The translations under genes and the position numbers were made by a program. This document shows, piece after piece, positions 8,721-18,956 of a stretch of 64,000 nucleotides of DNA. This stretch comes from Actinomycetes bacterium (GTDB lineage: Bacteria; Actinomycetota; Acidimicrobiia; IMCC26256): the NCBI GenBank assembly GCA_046074845.1, contig JBJTOY010000062.1, positions 2,733 through 66,732 of the forward strand, read 5' to 3'. The notes below the pieces were generated by a model that saw only the letters and a list, made by a program, of their open reading frames with translations, had not been told where the DNA came from and ran no database searches. Position 1 is the stretch's first letter. Each line of letters opens with the position of its first letter.

Positions 8721-10033
8721 TGACGGACGCGCCGCCGGCGGGAGTCGACCGAACCCTCACCCGGGCCGAACGCCGAGCGCAGCGGTCCGGCGGGGCCGGT
8801 CCCGGTGCGGAACCCGCACGGCCGCCGGCGTCCCCGTCGCCCCCGGACGAGCGCGGTCCCGTCGCACGGTCCGAGGCCGGCGGACGGCGTGCGGTCGCGC
8901 GGGCCCGCCGGCAGGCCCGGGCCGAACGCCGACGGTTCTGGCTCATCACGATGCCGGCCATCGTGGTCGTGCTCGGCCTCCTCGTCGGTGTCGGGGTGTG
9001 GCTCCGTCGCGACGACGACGGGCGCGCCGCCGGTGGGAACCCGGCGGATCTCCCGGCGCTCCAGACCACCGCGGCCCTCGTCGGCCACACTGCGATCGAC
9101 GGCTCGTCCGACGTCATCCTCGTGCTCGGACGCTCCGGGGAGGACGGCTCGGTGCTGCTCATGCCCGGCGCGACCCAGGTGGAGGTGCCGTCGCTCGGGA
9201 TCCAGACCCTCGCCCAGGTCCCCTCGCTCGGCAGCGCGGCGCTGCTCACCACGACGGTGCAGAACCTCTCGGGGGTGCGCACCGGCGCGGCGGTGCTCGG
9301 GGGTGACGCGACCTGGGCCTCGGCGCTCGCACCGGCGGCGCCGCTGGTCATCGATCTGCCGAACGACGTCACGCCGGCGGGCGGGACCCGGCCCGAGACC
9401 CCGGCCGGCCGGGTGCGGGCCACCGCCGAGGAGGCGCTACGCCTGCTCACCGTGGACGAGGAGGGCAGCGAGGTCGACCACCTCGTGACCGTGCAGGCCG
9501 TGCTCACCGCGTGGTTCGACCGGCTGCGGGACCCCGCGGTGGCGGCGGCCACGCGGGCCGCGGCCCCCGAGATCGCCGGGCCGCTCATCGAGGTCGCGAC
9601 CACCGGCACGCCGTCGTTCGACACCCTCCCGGTCGACTCGGTCGGGACGAGCGGCGACGAGCGGCTGCGGGTCCGGAGCGCGTCCATGCCCGAACTCGTC
9701 GCCCGTGCGTTCCCCGACGCGCGCCTCGGGATCGAGGGCGCCCGGCCGCGGGTCGAGATCCTCAACGGGGTCGGCACGGTCGGGCTCGCCCAAGCGGTGG
9801 CAGCCCGGGTGGTGCCGGCCGGGGCCGATGTGCGCCTCACCGGCAACTGGCCGGGCTTCGGGGTCGGGGCGACGCAGGTGGTCTACTACCGGGACCGCGA
9901 TCGGCGCGCCGCTCAGGTGATCCTCGACGCCGTCGGGGTCGGCACGGTCCGTAAGGCGGGCCGCGCGGTGGGCATCACCGACATCACGATCATCGTGGGT
10001 CCGGATTTCGTCCCGGAGGCGACCACACCATGA
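8717..10033 (+). CDS. Membrane-anchored LytR C-terminal domain protein (divergent LCP-like)
   Basis: One TM helix. C-terminal RVEILNGVGTVGLA...TQVVY...DITIIVGPDF is typical of LytR_C. Confidence 0.7.
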   Translation: MMTDAPPAGVDRTLTRAERRAQRSGGAGPGAEPARPPASPSPPDERGPVARSEAGGRRAVARARRQARAERRRFWLITMPAIVVVLGLLVGVGVWLRRDDDGRAAGGNPADLPALQTTAALVGHTAIDGSSDVILVLGRSGEDGSVLLMPGATQVEVPSLGIQTLAQVPSLGSAALLTTTVQNLSGVRTGAAVLGGDATWASALAPAAPLVIDLPNDVTPAGGTRPETPAGRVRATAEEALRLLTVDEEGSEVDHLVTVQAVLTAWFDRLRDPAVAAATRAAAPEIAGPLIEVATTGTPSFDTLPVDSVGTSGDERLRVRSASMPELVARAFPDARLGIEGARPRVEILNGVGTVGLAQAVAARVVPAGADVRLTGNWPGFGVGATQVVYYRDRDRRAAQVILDAVGVGTVRKAGRAVGITDITIIVGPDFVPEATTP

Positions 10034-10419
10034 GTGCACCGGAGTCCGGCGGGATCCTCGACAGCCACGCCCGTGCGATCGCGGCCGCCGAGGCCGCGGC
10101 CGACAAGAAGGCGAACGAGGTGCTCGTCCTCGACGTGGGCGACATCCTGGGCATCACGGAGGCCTTCGTCGTCGCGAGCGCGTCGAACGGTCGGCAGGTC
10201 AGAGCCATCGTGGACGAGGTCGAGGAGTGCCTCCGGGTGCTCCACGGGGCCACCCCGCGCAGCGTCGAGGGCCTCGACGACGCCGGGTGGGTGCTCATGG
10301 ACTACGGCGACTTCATCGTCCACGTGTTCCTCGACGAGACGCGGGAGTACTACGCGCTCGAGCGGCTGTGGAGCGACGCGGCGACGATCTGGCGCGGGGC
10401 CGAGGCGCCGGCCGTCTGA
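10030..10419 (+). CDS. rsfS: Ribosome silencing factor
   Basis: DKKA..LDV, RQVRAIVD, WVLMDYGDFIVHVF...REYYALERLW. Confidence 0.96.
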   Translation: MSAPESGGILDSHARAIAAAEAAADKKANEVLVLDVGDILGITEAFVVASASNGRQVRAIVDEVEECLRVLHGATPRSVEGLDDAGWVLMDYGDFIVHVFLDETREYYALERLWSDAATIWRGAEAPAV

Positions 10420-10441
10420 ACCCGCGCCGGTGGGCGCGGGT

Positions 10442-11236
10442 TCAGTCCACCCAGGGACGCATCGGCACGCCGCGGCCGATGAGCGCGTCTTTCAGTTCCC
10501 GCACGCTCGGATTGTGCTCGAGGCGCGGCGAGTAGAGCATCGAGGAGATGATCGCCGCCTGCGCGCCACCCGCGGTGAGCCCGTCGGCGATGTGGTCCAC
10601 CGTGCCGGCCCCTCCGCTCGCGATGACCGGGACGTTCACCGCATCGGCGACCGCACGGGTGATGTCGAGCTCGTAGCCGTCGCCGGTGCCGTCGCGATCG
10701 ATGCTGTTCACGACGATCTCGCCCGCGCCGAGGTCCTCGCCGCGCCGCACCCAGTCGATCGCGTCGAGTCCGGTGGCGGTGCGGGCGCCGTCGATGAACA
10801 CCTCGTACCCGCTCGGGATGCCGTCCCGCACGCCCACGTGCTGCACCTGGGTCGAGAGGACGACGCACTGGCGTCCGAACGCCTCGGCCCCGTGCCGGAT
10901 GATGTCGGGGTCGCGCACGGCCATCGAGTCGACGCTGATCTTCTCGGCCCCGGCCTTGAGCACCTCGTACATGTCGTCGACGTCACGGATGCCGCCGCCG
11001 ACGGTGAAGGGCACGAAGACGTGCTCGGCGACACGCCGGACGGTATCGAGGTCGATCTTTCGACGCTCACTGCTCGCGGTGATGTCGTAGAACACGATCT
11101 CGTCGATCTGGTCCTCGTACAACGAGCGAGCGAGATCCTCGGCCGGAGCGACGTCGATGTTGTCCTGGAAGCGCACGGCCTTGGTGACCCGACCCCCGAT
11201 CACGTCGAAGCAGGCGATGAGCCGCTTGGTGAGCAT
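10442..11236 (-). CDS. hisF: Imidazole glycerol phosphate synthase cyclase subunit (variant active site)
   Basis: MLTKRLIACFDV, DEIVFYDITAS, PFTVGGGI, GAGEIVVNSIDRDGT, PVIASGGAG. Confidence 0.9.
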   Translation of the reverse strand: MLTKRLIACFDVIGGRVTKAVRFQDNIDVAPAEDLARSLYEDQIDEIVFYDITASSERRKIDLDTVRRVAEHVFVPFTVGGGIRDVDDMYEVLKAGAEKISVDSMAVRDPDIIRHGAEAFGRQCVVLSTQVQHVGVRDGIPSGYEVFIDGARTATGLDAIDWVRRGEDLGAGEIVVNSIDRDGTGDGYELDITRAVADAVNVPVIASGGAGTVDHIADGLTAGGAQAAIISSMLYSPRLEHNPSVRELKDALIGRGVPMRPWVD

Positions 11237-11844
11237 CAGGCACCGTCCCAGGTCGCGAAGTTGCGGAGGATGCGGAGGCCGACCTCGCCGCTCTTCTCCG
11301 CGTGGAACTGGGTCGCGGCGATGTTGCCGCGGGCGACCATCGAGGCGAACTCGCCCGCGTAGTCGGTGGTGGCGAGCACGGCGGCCGGGTCGGCGGGGAC
11401 CGCGTGGTACGAGTTCACGAAGTAGCAGTACGGCTCCGCCGGCAGGCCGTCGGTGAGCGGGTGGGCGCGGGCGGCGCGGACGAGGTTCCAACCGATCTGG
11501 GGCACCCGCACCGAGTCGGGGAACCGGCGGACCTCACCCGGGAGCCACCCGAGGCACTCGGCCGGGCCCTCCTCCGAGCGATCGAACAGCACCTGGAGTC
11601 CGATGCAGATGCCGAGGAACGGCACGCCGTCGTCGAGGGCGCGCCGGCCGAGCGCGTCGACGAGGCCGGTCCCGGCGAGCGAGTCGATCGTGGCCCGGGC
11701 CGCCCCCACCCCGGGCAGGATGATGCGATCGACGGCGCCCAGGTCGGCGGGCGTGGCCACGAGGCGCGCCCCGAGGCCGAGGCGCGCCAGGGCAAACATC
11801 ACGCTGGGGGCGTTGCCCGCCCGGTAGTCCACGACGCCGATCAC
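11236..11844 (-). CDS. hisH: Imidazole glycerol phosphate synthase glutamine amidotransferase subunit
   Basis: LPGVG, GICIGLQ (Cys nucleophile), VPQIGWN, QFHAEKSG. Confidence 0.93.
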   Translation of the reverse strand: MIGVVDYRAGNAPSVMFALARLGLGARLVATPADLGAVDRIILPGVGAARATIDSLAGTGLVDALGRRALDDGVPFLGICIGLQVLFDRSEEGPAECLGWLPGEVRRFPDSVRVPQIGWNLVRAARAHPLTDGLPAEPYCYFVNSYHAVPADPAAVLATTDYAGEFASMVARGNIAATQFHAEKSGEVGLRILRNFATWDGA

Positions 11845-11952
11845 AGGGGAGCGAGTCTAGGGACGGCTCCTCGCGCGCCTCCGACCGGTTCCCGTCCGGG
11901 GCCTCGGGCCATCCCTAGGATGCGGCGGTCGATCCACGAGGAGGGACCCAGG

Positions 11953-12111
11953 ATGAGCGGTCACGGTCACGACGACGGTCACGACGACGGGCACGGGCAC
12001 TCGGCCCCGGTCCCCGAGGTCCCGTCCGAGCCGCGCCCGGTGCTGCAGGGCGTCGGGCTCGTGCTCTGCCTCGTGGCCACCGTCGCGCTCGCCGTGTTCG
12101 TGCAGGGCTGA
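11953..12111 (+). CDS. Small His-rich single-pass membrane protein (52 aa)
   Basis: MSGHGHDDGHDDGHGH followed by a C-terminal hydrophobic helix. GAGGAGGG upstream; high GC3. Confidence 0.6.
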   Translation: MSGHGHDDGHDDGHGHSAPVPEVPSEPRPVLQGVGLVLCLVATVALAVFVQG

Positions 12112-12131
12112 CCCGCGCTCGGGGTCCGCGC

Positions 12132-13019
12132 CTACCCGAAGTCGGTCTCGGTGACGACCTTCTCGGACATGTCCGGGTACTCGCTCACGTAGTCGACGAC
12201 CCGAACCCGCCCGGTCGGGACGAAACGGCCGGCGTCGATCACCCGCCGAGGCACGTAGGGGAGCAGTCCGAGGTTGCGGAACAGTCGGGTCTGCGGTTCC
12301 CAGATCGAGGCCCGCTCGTGCCAGAGCAGCCGGTCGAGCTTTCGCAGCAGCGTCATGAGCGTGACGAGCGTGGCCGAGAGGACGCCGGCCACGACCGCGC
12401 CGACGATCGAACCCTTCGGCAGCTCCACGATGATCGAGAGCATCACCCCGAGCAGCAGCAGGAGCGTGGTCCACTCGAGGCGCGAGAGGGACTGGCCGAT
12501 CGCGGCCTCCATGAGCGCCCGCGACATCGACATGTCGTTCGTCTGCTGGAGCAGGTGGTAGTAGGCGATCTCCTGCTGCGGCGTGCGCGGCTCGAGTGCG
12601 ATCACCGCGCGCGAGAGCTCGAGGAAGGTCGCCGTCGACATCGAGAACTCGGCCAGTCGGTAGTCGATCTGCGCCATGAGCTGGGCGTCGATCCGGGCCC
12701 GGATTGCGTCGCGCTGGTCGGGGAACACCTCGACGAGCTGGTGGATGGCGAGGAGGTTGGCGTCCCCGCGCCGGATGAGGTCGTGGACGGCGCTGAGGCG
12801 GAGCCGGGTGCGCTCGATGGTGAACGCCAGCAGCACGCCGAACAGGAACGTGGCGACGGTGGCCAGGGCGGCGAGGAGTCCGAGGGTCAGACCGTCGGCC
12901 TCGAGGGGCGCCTCGATGACGAACGACAGCCCGGCGACCACCAGCCCGACGGCGATCGCGGGACCGGCCACGACCTCGCCGAGGATGATGCGTCGCCAGC
13001 GTGTTCGCAACCCCCGCAT
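12132..13019 (-). CDS. Four-TM membrane protein, possibly bestrophin/DUF4239-like
   Basis: Two TM pairs flanking a helical soluble region. TACACT lies 9 nt before the ATG. Confidence 0.6.
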   Translation of the reverse strand: MRGLRTRWRRIILGEVVAGPAIAVGLVVAGLSFVIEAPLEADGLTLGLLAALATVATFLFGVLLAFTIERTRLRLSAVHDLIRRGDANLLAIHQLVEVFPDQRDAIRARIDAQLMAQIDYRLAEFSMSTATFLELSRAVIALEPRTPQQEIAYYHLLQQTNDMSMSRALMEAAIGQSLSRLEWTTLLLLLGVMLSIIVELPKGSIVGAVVAGVLSATLVTLMTLLRKLDRLLWHERASIWEPQTRLFRNLGLLPYVPRRVIDAGRFVPTGRVRVVDYVSEYPDMSEKVVTETDFG

Positions 13020-13089
13020 AGAGCGCGGAGTGTACCGGCGGGATCGCCGGGCGCTCCGGGCCGAGGCGGCCTGCGGGATGCGCTCGGAG

Positions 13090-13162
13090 TGGAGCTGAGG
13101 GGAATTGAACCCCTGACCTCTTCCATGCCATGGAAGCGCTCTGCCAACTGAGCTACAGCCCC
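13090..13162 (-). tRNA. tRNA-Ala(GGC)
   Basis: Reverse complement GGGGCTGTAGCTCAGTTGG...CTTCC-ATGGCAT-GGAAG...GGTTCAATTCC...AGCTCCA. CCA not encoded. Confidence 0.97.
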
Positions 13163-13248
13163 GAGAGCGCAGGAGGATAGCAGCAGGCCCCCGGCGGTCC
13201 GTCACGGGGCGAGGGCCGGTGGGGTGCCGCCGGTACGCTCGGCGCCCG

Positions 13249-16218
13249 ATGACCGACACCGCCGCCTCCGACCGCACGCCGCGCGCTCGTTACGACGCCG
13301 CGCTCGCCACCTCGATCGAGCGCGCGTGGCAGGACCGCTGGGAGGCCGAGCGCACCTTCTGGGCGCCGAATCCTGCGGGCGAGCTCGCCGATGGCTTCGC
13401 CGCGGTGGCCGACCGCACGCCGCTCTACGTGCTCGACATGTTCCCGTACCCGAGCGGGGCCGGCCTCCACGTCGGGCACCCGCTGGGCTACATCGGGACC
13501 GACGTGTACGCGCGCTTCCGGCGGATGACCGGTTGCAACGTGCTGCACGCGATGGGCTACGACGCGTTCGGGCTCCCAGCGGAGCAGTACGCGGTGCAGA
13601 CCGGCCAGCACCCGCGGGTGACCACCGAGGCCAACATCGCCAACATGCGCCGCCAGCTCCGGGCCCTCGGCCTCGGGCACGACCCGCGTCGGGGTGTGGC
13701 CACGACCGACGTCGGTTACTACCGCTGGACCCAGTGGATCTTCCTCCAGATCTACAACGCCTTCTACGACGAGTCCGCCGACCGGGCCCGTCCGATCGCC
13801 GAGCTCGTGGCTGAGTTCGAGGCCGGGACCCGTGACGCGACGATGCACGGCGACGGGGTCGCGTGGTCCGACCTCGACGACCCCGGGCGGCGACGCCTCG
13901 TCGATTCGTTCCGCCTCGCGTACCTTGCCGAGGCCCCGGTGAACTGGTGTCCCGGACTGGGCACGGTGCTCGCCAACGAGGAGGTCACGGCCGACGGGCG
14001 TTCCGAGCGCGGCAACTTCCCCGTGTTCCGCCGACCACTCAAGCAGTGGACGATGCGGATCACCGCGTACGCTGAGCGCCTCCTCGACGACCTCGACCTG
14101 CTCGACTGGACCGACTCCATCAAGTTGATGCAGCGGAACTGGATCGGTCGCAGCACCGGCGCCGAGGTGACCTTCGGCGTGGACGGCCACGAGGACCTCG
14201 GCATCACCGTGTTCACGACCCGGCCCGACACGCTGTTCGGCGCCACCTACATGGTGCTCGCCCCTGAGCATCCGCTCGTCGACGCCATCACGCCCACCGA
14301 GTGGCCCGGCGCGCTCTTCGACGACCAGCACTCCGAGGTCCCGATAGCGTGGCGCGGCATCTTCGGCGACGGGGTCGGACCCGCGGCGGCCGTGCGGTCC
14401 TACCGCGACTTCGCGGCACAGAAGTCCGAGCTCGAGCGGCAGGCCGAGGGCCACGTCAAGACCGGCGTGTTCACCGGTGCGTTCGCGGTCAACCCGGTGA
14501 ACGGCGCCCGCATCCCGGTGTTCATCGCCGACTACGTCCTCATGGGTTACGGCACCGGAGCGATCATGGCGGTGCCCGCGCACGACGAACGCGACTTCGC
14601 GTTCGCCCGGGAGTTCGACCTCGGGATCGTCCCCGTCGTGCGACCGGACGCCGCGTGGCTGGCCGCGCACGGGGTGGCCGCCGACGACGCCACCGACTGG
14701 CCCGAGGCGTTCACCGGTGTCGGGGTGGCGATGGCCTCCGCGAACGACGGGGTCAGCCTCGACGGGCTCGACACGCCCTCGGCGAAGGCGGCGATCAACG
14801 CGTGGCTGGCCGCCGAGGGGCTCGGGGCGCCGACCACCACCTACAAGCTGCGCGACTGGCTGTTCAGTCGCCAGCGGTACTGGGGTGAGCCCTTCCCGAT
14901 CGTGTTCGACGAGACGGGGCTCCCGATCGCGCTGCCGGAGTCGGCACTGCCGGTCGAACTCCCCGAGGTCTCGGACTTCGCGCCCCGGACCTCCGAGGAC
15001 CCCGACGCGCTGCCCGAACCGCCGCTGGCCCGGGCCGAGGACTGGGTCGAGGTCACCCTCGATCTCGAGGGCCCGGCCTGGGCCGGGTACGGCGGCGGCC
15101 CGCGCACCTTCCGGCGCGAGGTCAACACCATGCCGCAGTGGGCGGGATCCTGCTGGTACTACCTGCGCTACCTCGACCCGGAGAACGAGGATGCGTTGGT
15201 CGACGCCGGCGTGGAGCGGTACTGGATGGACGGCGTGCGCGCCGACGGGTCGCCGGCGGCGGGGGGAGTGGACCTCTACGTCGGCGGGGTCGAGCACGCG
15301 GTGCTCCACCTGCTGTACGCGCGCTTCTGGCACAAGGTGCTGTTCGACCTCGGCCATGTGACCACCGTCGAGCCCTTCCAGCGCCTCTTCAACCAGGGAT
15401 ACATCCAGGCCTACGCCTACACGGACCAGCGTGGCGTGTACGTGGAGGCCGGCGAGGTCGTGGAGCGCGACGGCGAGTGGTTCCTCGGTGACGAGCCGGT
15501 GAACCGTGAGTACGGGAAGATGGGCAAGAGCCTGCGCAACGTGGTGACTCCCGACGACATCTACACCGAGTACGGCGCCGACACGCTGCGGCTCTACGAG
15601 ATGTTCATGGGCCCGCTCGATGCGAGCCGACCGTGGAACACGACCGACATCGTCGGCGTGCACCGGTTCCTGCAACGGCTCTGGCGCAACCTGGTCGACG
15701 AGGACTCCGGGGACCTCCACGTGTCGGACGCACCCGCCGACGACGACACGCTGCGGATGCTGCACCACACGATCGCAGCCGTGCGCGCTGACATGGAGCA
15801 GATGTCGTTCAACACCGCGATCGCGCGCCTCTTCGAGCTCAACAACCACCTGACCCAGGTCGTCGCCGCCACCGGCGGCGCGCCGAGGGTGGTGGCCGAG
15901 GCGATCACCCTGATGGTGGCGCCGCTCGCCCCCCACGTCGCCGAGGAGCTGTGGTCCCGGATGGGACACGCGGGGTCGCTCGCCTACGAGCCGTTCCCCG
16001 AGGCCGACCCGGCGCTCCTCGTCGTCGAGGCGGTCGAGGTGCCGGTCCAGGTCAACGGGAAGGTGCGCGGTCGCATCACCGTCCCGGTCGACGCGGACCC
16101 GGCCGCGCTCGAGGCCGCAGCCCGGGCCGACGAGAAGGTGGCGGCGCTGCTGGCCGGGGCCACAGTGCGCAAGGTCGTCGCCGTGCCGGGTCGACTCGTC
16201 AACTTCGTCGTCGGCTGA
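13249..16218 (+). CDS. leuS: Leucine--tRNA ligase
   Basis: [14 protein letters not shown] (HIGH), [26 protein letters not shown] (KMSKS). Confidence 0.98.
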   Translation: MTDTAASDRTPRARYDAALATSIERAWQDRWEAERTFWAPNPAGELADGFAAVADRTPLYVLDMFPYPSGAGLHVGHPLGYIGTDVYARFRRMTGCNVLHAMGYDAFGLPAEQYAVQTGQHPRVTTEANIANMRRQLRALGLGHDPRRGVATTDVGYYRWTQWIFLQIYNAFYDESADRARPIAELVAEFEAGTRDATMHGDGVAWSDLDDPGRRRLVDSFRLAYLAEAPVNWCPGLGTVLANEEVTADGRSERGNFPVFRRPLKQWTMRITAYAERLLDDLDLLDWTDSIKLMQRNWIGRSTGAEVTFGVDGHEDLGITVFTTRPDTLFGATYMVLAPEHPLVDAITPTEWPGALFDDQHSEVPIAWRGIFGDGVGPAAAVRSYRDFAAQKSELERQAEGHVKTGVFTGAFAVNPVNGARIPVFIADYVLMGYGTGAIMAVPAHDERDFAFAREFDLGIVPVVRPDAAWLAAHGVAADDATDWPEAFTGVGVAMASANDGVSLDGLDTPSAKAAINAWLAAEGLGAPTTTYKLRDWLFSRQRYWGEPFPIVFDETGLPIALPESALPVELPEVSDFAPRTSEDPDALPEPPLARAEDWVEVTLDLEGPAWAGYGGGPRTFRREVNTMPQWAGSCWYYLRYLDPENEDALVDAGVERYWMDGVRADGSPAAGGVDLYVGGVEHAVLHLLYARFWHKVLFDLGHVTTVEPFQRLFNQGYIQAYAYTDQRGVYVEAGEVVERDGEWFLGDEPVNREYGKMGKSLRNVVTPDDIYTEYGADTLRLYEMFMGPLDASRPWNTTDIVGVHRFLQRLWRNLVDEDSGDLHVSDAPADDDTLRMLHHTIAAVRADMEQMSFNTAIARLFELNNHLTQVVAATGGAPRVVAEAITLMVAPLAPHVAEELWSRMGHAGSLAYEPFPEADPALLVVEAVEVPVQVNGKVRGRITVPVDADPAALEAAARADEKVAALLAGATVRKVVAVPGRLVNFVVG

Positions 16219-16223
16219 CGGCC

Positions 16224-16574
16224 GTGGCACGCGTGCGGCGCCTCGATCCGGTCGCGATCGGCGCGACCCGCGACCACGTCGCCGCGCTCGACGCACGTCG
16301 CGCCCGGATCGTGGTCGTCCCGTGGTTGACCCCCGGCGTGGCCGGGATGACCCTCGGGCGCTGGATCCTGCTCCGGCGCGGCTGCGAGGACGACCTCGGC
16401 CTCCTGGCCCACGAGCTCGTCCACGTGCGGCAGTGGCGTGAACGCGGTGCACTCCGGTTCCTCAGGGGCTACCTCGCGGCGTACGTGCGTGGGCGCCGGT
16501 CCGGGCTCGATCACGGGGCGGCGTACGCCGCGATCCCGGCCGAGGTCGAGGCCCGGACGCTCACCGGTCGCTGA
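16224..16574 (+). CDS. Small HExxH zinc-metallopeptidase-like protein (DUF4157-like)
   Basis: GMTLGRWILL...LLAHELVHVRQW...Y..IPAEVEA. Confidence 0.7.
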   Translation: MARVRRLDPVAIGATRDHVAALDARRARIVVVPWLTPGVAGMTLGRWILLRRGCEDDLGLLAHELVHVRQWRERGALRFLRGYLAAYVRGRRSGLDHGAAYAAIPAEVEARTLTGR

Positions 16575-16730
16575 CGTCCGACGGGGTCGCTACGATCCGG
16601 ACCGGTCGACCGCACCGGGTCCGCACCCCGCCGATCCCGCTCCGACCCGCGCCGCCCCCGGCGGCCGCCCTTCCCCTCCACTGTCGACGCGCGACCGATC
16701 CGATCGGCGCGCCCCGTCGAGGGAGGGACC

Positions 16731-17468
16731 ATGCCCATCGAGCCGCCCGTCGCGATCGACCCGATCGAACCGATCGACGCCACCCGCCCGAGTTCCCCGC
16801 CCGGATCGGACCCCGCCCCACCGACCCGCCCGCCGGCGACCGGCGTGCCGTGGTCGGAGCGGTTCCATGCGTACCGCCACGACCCGAGGTTCCTCGCGGG
16901 CGCCCTCGGGCTCATCGCGCTCCTCGCGGCCCTCGTCTGGGTCCGTCTGGGCGCGCCCCACGGCGGACCCGAGGACCGTTCGGGCCTCCTGGCCCGCGCC
17001 GATCGAGCGGCGGCGCACGCGCGTGCATCCGCCACGACGCGGGAGATCGTCGCCCAGGTCGCCGGCGCGGTGACGTCCCCGGGTCTGGTCCGCCTGCGGG
17101 AGGGCGATCGGGTGGCCGACGCGATCGCGGCGGCGGGCGGGGCGAGGGCGGACGCCGACCTCGACGCGGTCGCGCTCGCGGCGCGGGTCGCCGACGGTGA
17201 GCGGATCCTCGTCCCGGTGCGGGGTGCCGCGCCGCCGGCGCTCGGTTCCGATCCGGCGAGCGACGATGCGCCCGACGGACCGGTCCACCTCAACACGGCC
17301 ACGGCCGAGGAACTCGAGACCCTGCCCGGGATCGGGCCGTCGCTCGCGGCGGCGATCCTGCGGGAGCGCCAGGCCCGCGGGGGATTCCGATCGGTCGCCG
17401 ACCTCGACGCGGTCCGTGGGATCGGGACGGCGCGGCTCGCCGAGCTCACGCCGCTCGTCGCGCTGTGA
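16731..17468 (+). CDS. comEA: Competence DNA-binding protein ComEA
   Basis: TM, SLBB (VAGAVTSPGLV..GDRVADAI), HhH LNTAT..ELETLPGIGP, VRGIG. GGAGGG RBS. Confidence 0.93.
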   Translation: MPIEPPVAIDPIEPIDATRPSSPPGSDPAPPTRPPATGVPWSERFHAYRHDPRFLAGALGLIALLAALVWVRLGAPHGGPEDRSGLLARADRAAAHARASATTREIVAQVAGAVTSPGLVRLREGDRVADAIAAAGGARADADLDAVALAARVADGERILVPVRGAAPPALGSDPASDDAPDGPVHLNTATAEELETLPGIGPSLAAAILRERQARGGFRSVADLDAVRGIGTARLAELTPLVAL

Positions 17469-18946
17469 TGGTGCGCGCGACGCCCGCGCTCCTCCTCGCT
17501 GCGGTGGTGCTCGGCGTCCTGGCCGGCGAGCGGTCGAGTGCCGGACCCCGGACCCCGGTGCTCATCGCCCTCCTGCTCGTCGCGGCCGGCGGTGTGCTCG
17601 TCCTGAACGGTCGGCGTCGTACCGCCGGCGCCGCGGTGCTCCTCGGCCTCGCGGCCCTCGCCGCCGGAGCCTCGGTCCGCGCCCTCGACGGCCTGGATCG
17701 GAACCCGTTGCAGGGACCGGTCGCCGACCGTGCCCGGGGCACCCTCGCCGGCTCGGTGGTGGGGGACCCGGTCGCCGCCCCGTGGCGCGTCACGGTCACG
17801 GTGCGGGCGGAGACGTGGACGGCCGAGCGCGGCCCGCCGCGCGCGGCCGGCGGCCGCTCGGTCCTCGTCGTCGCGTCGGCGGGTGATACGTCGCGGTTGC
17901 GCGCGCTCGTCGCCGGGGACCGGGTGGCGGTCCGGGGGCGGCTCGGCCCGCTCGACGGGTACGACGCCCGTCTGCGCTGGCGCCACCTCGTCGCGCGCCT
18001 CGACGACGGGCACCTCGAGGACCTCGCACCGCCCCGCGCCCCGGGCTTGCGCGCGGCCAACGGCATCCGCACCCTCGTGGCCCGGGGTGGGGCCGGCCTG
18101 CCGGCGCGCGAGCGCGGGCTCCTCGCGGCGTTCCTGCTCGGTGATGAGCGCGCGATCCCGGACGGGACCGTCGCGACGTTCCGCGCCGCGGGCATGAGCC
18201 ACCTCCTCGTCGTCAGCGGCGCGAACGTCGCCGCGGTCCTCGCCCTCATCGGTCCGATCACCCGCCGCGCACCGTTGTTCCTCCGGTGCCTCGCCGGGAT
18301 CGCCGTCCTCGCGCTGTTCGGAGCGGCCACGCGGTGGGAACCGTCGGTGCTGCGTGCGGTCGCGATGGCCTCGGTCGGGCTGGTCGGTGCGGTCCTGGGC
18401 CGCCCGGTCCGTGGCGCGCGCGTGCTCGCGCTCGCGGTCTCAGCCTTGGTGCTGCTCGACCCGCTCCTCCTGCACTCGGTCGGGTTCCGCCTGTCATGCG
18501 CGGCCACCGGCGGCATCGCGTTCCTCGCGGCGCCGATCGCACGCCGGCTGCCCGGGCCCCGACCGGTCCGGGAGACCATCGCGGTCACGACCGCGGCGCA
18601 GGCGGGAGTGGCCCCGGTCCTGGTCGGGACCTTCGGCACGATCCCGCTCGTCGCGATCCCGGCGAACCTCGTCGCCGCGCCGCTCGTGGTGCCGATCACC
18701 GTGTGGGGGATCGGGGCGGGCCTCATCGGCGGGCTCCTCGGCGGTGCACCGGCGCGCCTGGGTCAGGTGCCGACGCTCGTCGCGCTCCGGATCGTCGAGG
18801 GTGTGGCCGCGCTCGGGGCACGACACCCGGGATCGCTCGACGCGCGGGGGCTCACGCTCGGAGTCGGGATCACGGCGGCGGTCGCCGGTGCATGGGTCGG
18901 GTTCGGCGCGCTGCGGTCCGGGATCGGCGTCCGGGGCCGGCGGTAG
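17468..18946 (+). CDS. comEC: ComEC/Rec2 competence channel (no C-terminal metallo-beta-lactamase domain)
   Basis: AGMSHLLVVSGANV, PSVLRA, GFRLS..AT, ANL. Follows comEA. Confidence 0.88.
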   Translation: MVRATPALLLAAVVLGVLAGERSSAGPRTPVLIALLLVAAGGVLVLNGRRRTAGAAVLLGLAALAAGASVRALDGLDRNPLQGPVADRARGTLAGSVVGDPVAAPWRVTVTVRAETWTAERGPPRAAGGRSVLVVASAGDTSRLRALVAGDRVAVRGRLGPLDGYDARLRWRHLVARLDDGHLEDLAPPRAPGLRAANGIRTLVARGGAGLPARERGLLAAFLLGDERAIPDGTVATFRAAGMSHLLVVSGANVAAVLALIGPITRRAPLFLRCLAGIAVLALFGAATRWEPSVLRAVAMASVGLVGAVLGRPVRGARVLALAVSALVLLDPLLLHSVGFRLSCAATGGIAFLAAPIARRLPGPRPVRETIAVTTAAQAGVAPVLVGTFGTIPLVAIPANLVAAPLVVPITVWGIGAGLIGGLLGGAPARLGQVPTLVALRIVEGVAALGARHPGSLDARGLTLGVGITAAVAGAWVGFGALRSGIGVRGRR

Positions 18947-18956
18947 GGTCGCCCCG

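Noticed and set aside
13163-13248. T-box or attenuator leader before leuS (also glyQS)
   Set aside because: The gaps are too short and carry a -10 box 9 nt from the start codon; no T-box sequence is present.
13153-16452. 1099-aa antisense ORF over leuS (likewise 44489-47449, 35260-37932, 20760-22970, 3581-5653)
   Set aside because: These are shadow ORFs from high-GC3 codon bias on the opposite strand of well-conserved genes, with no recognisable motifs.
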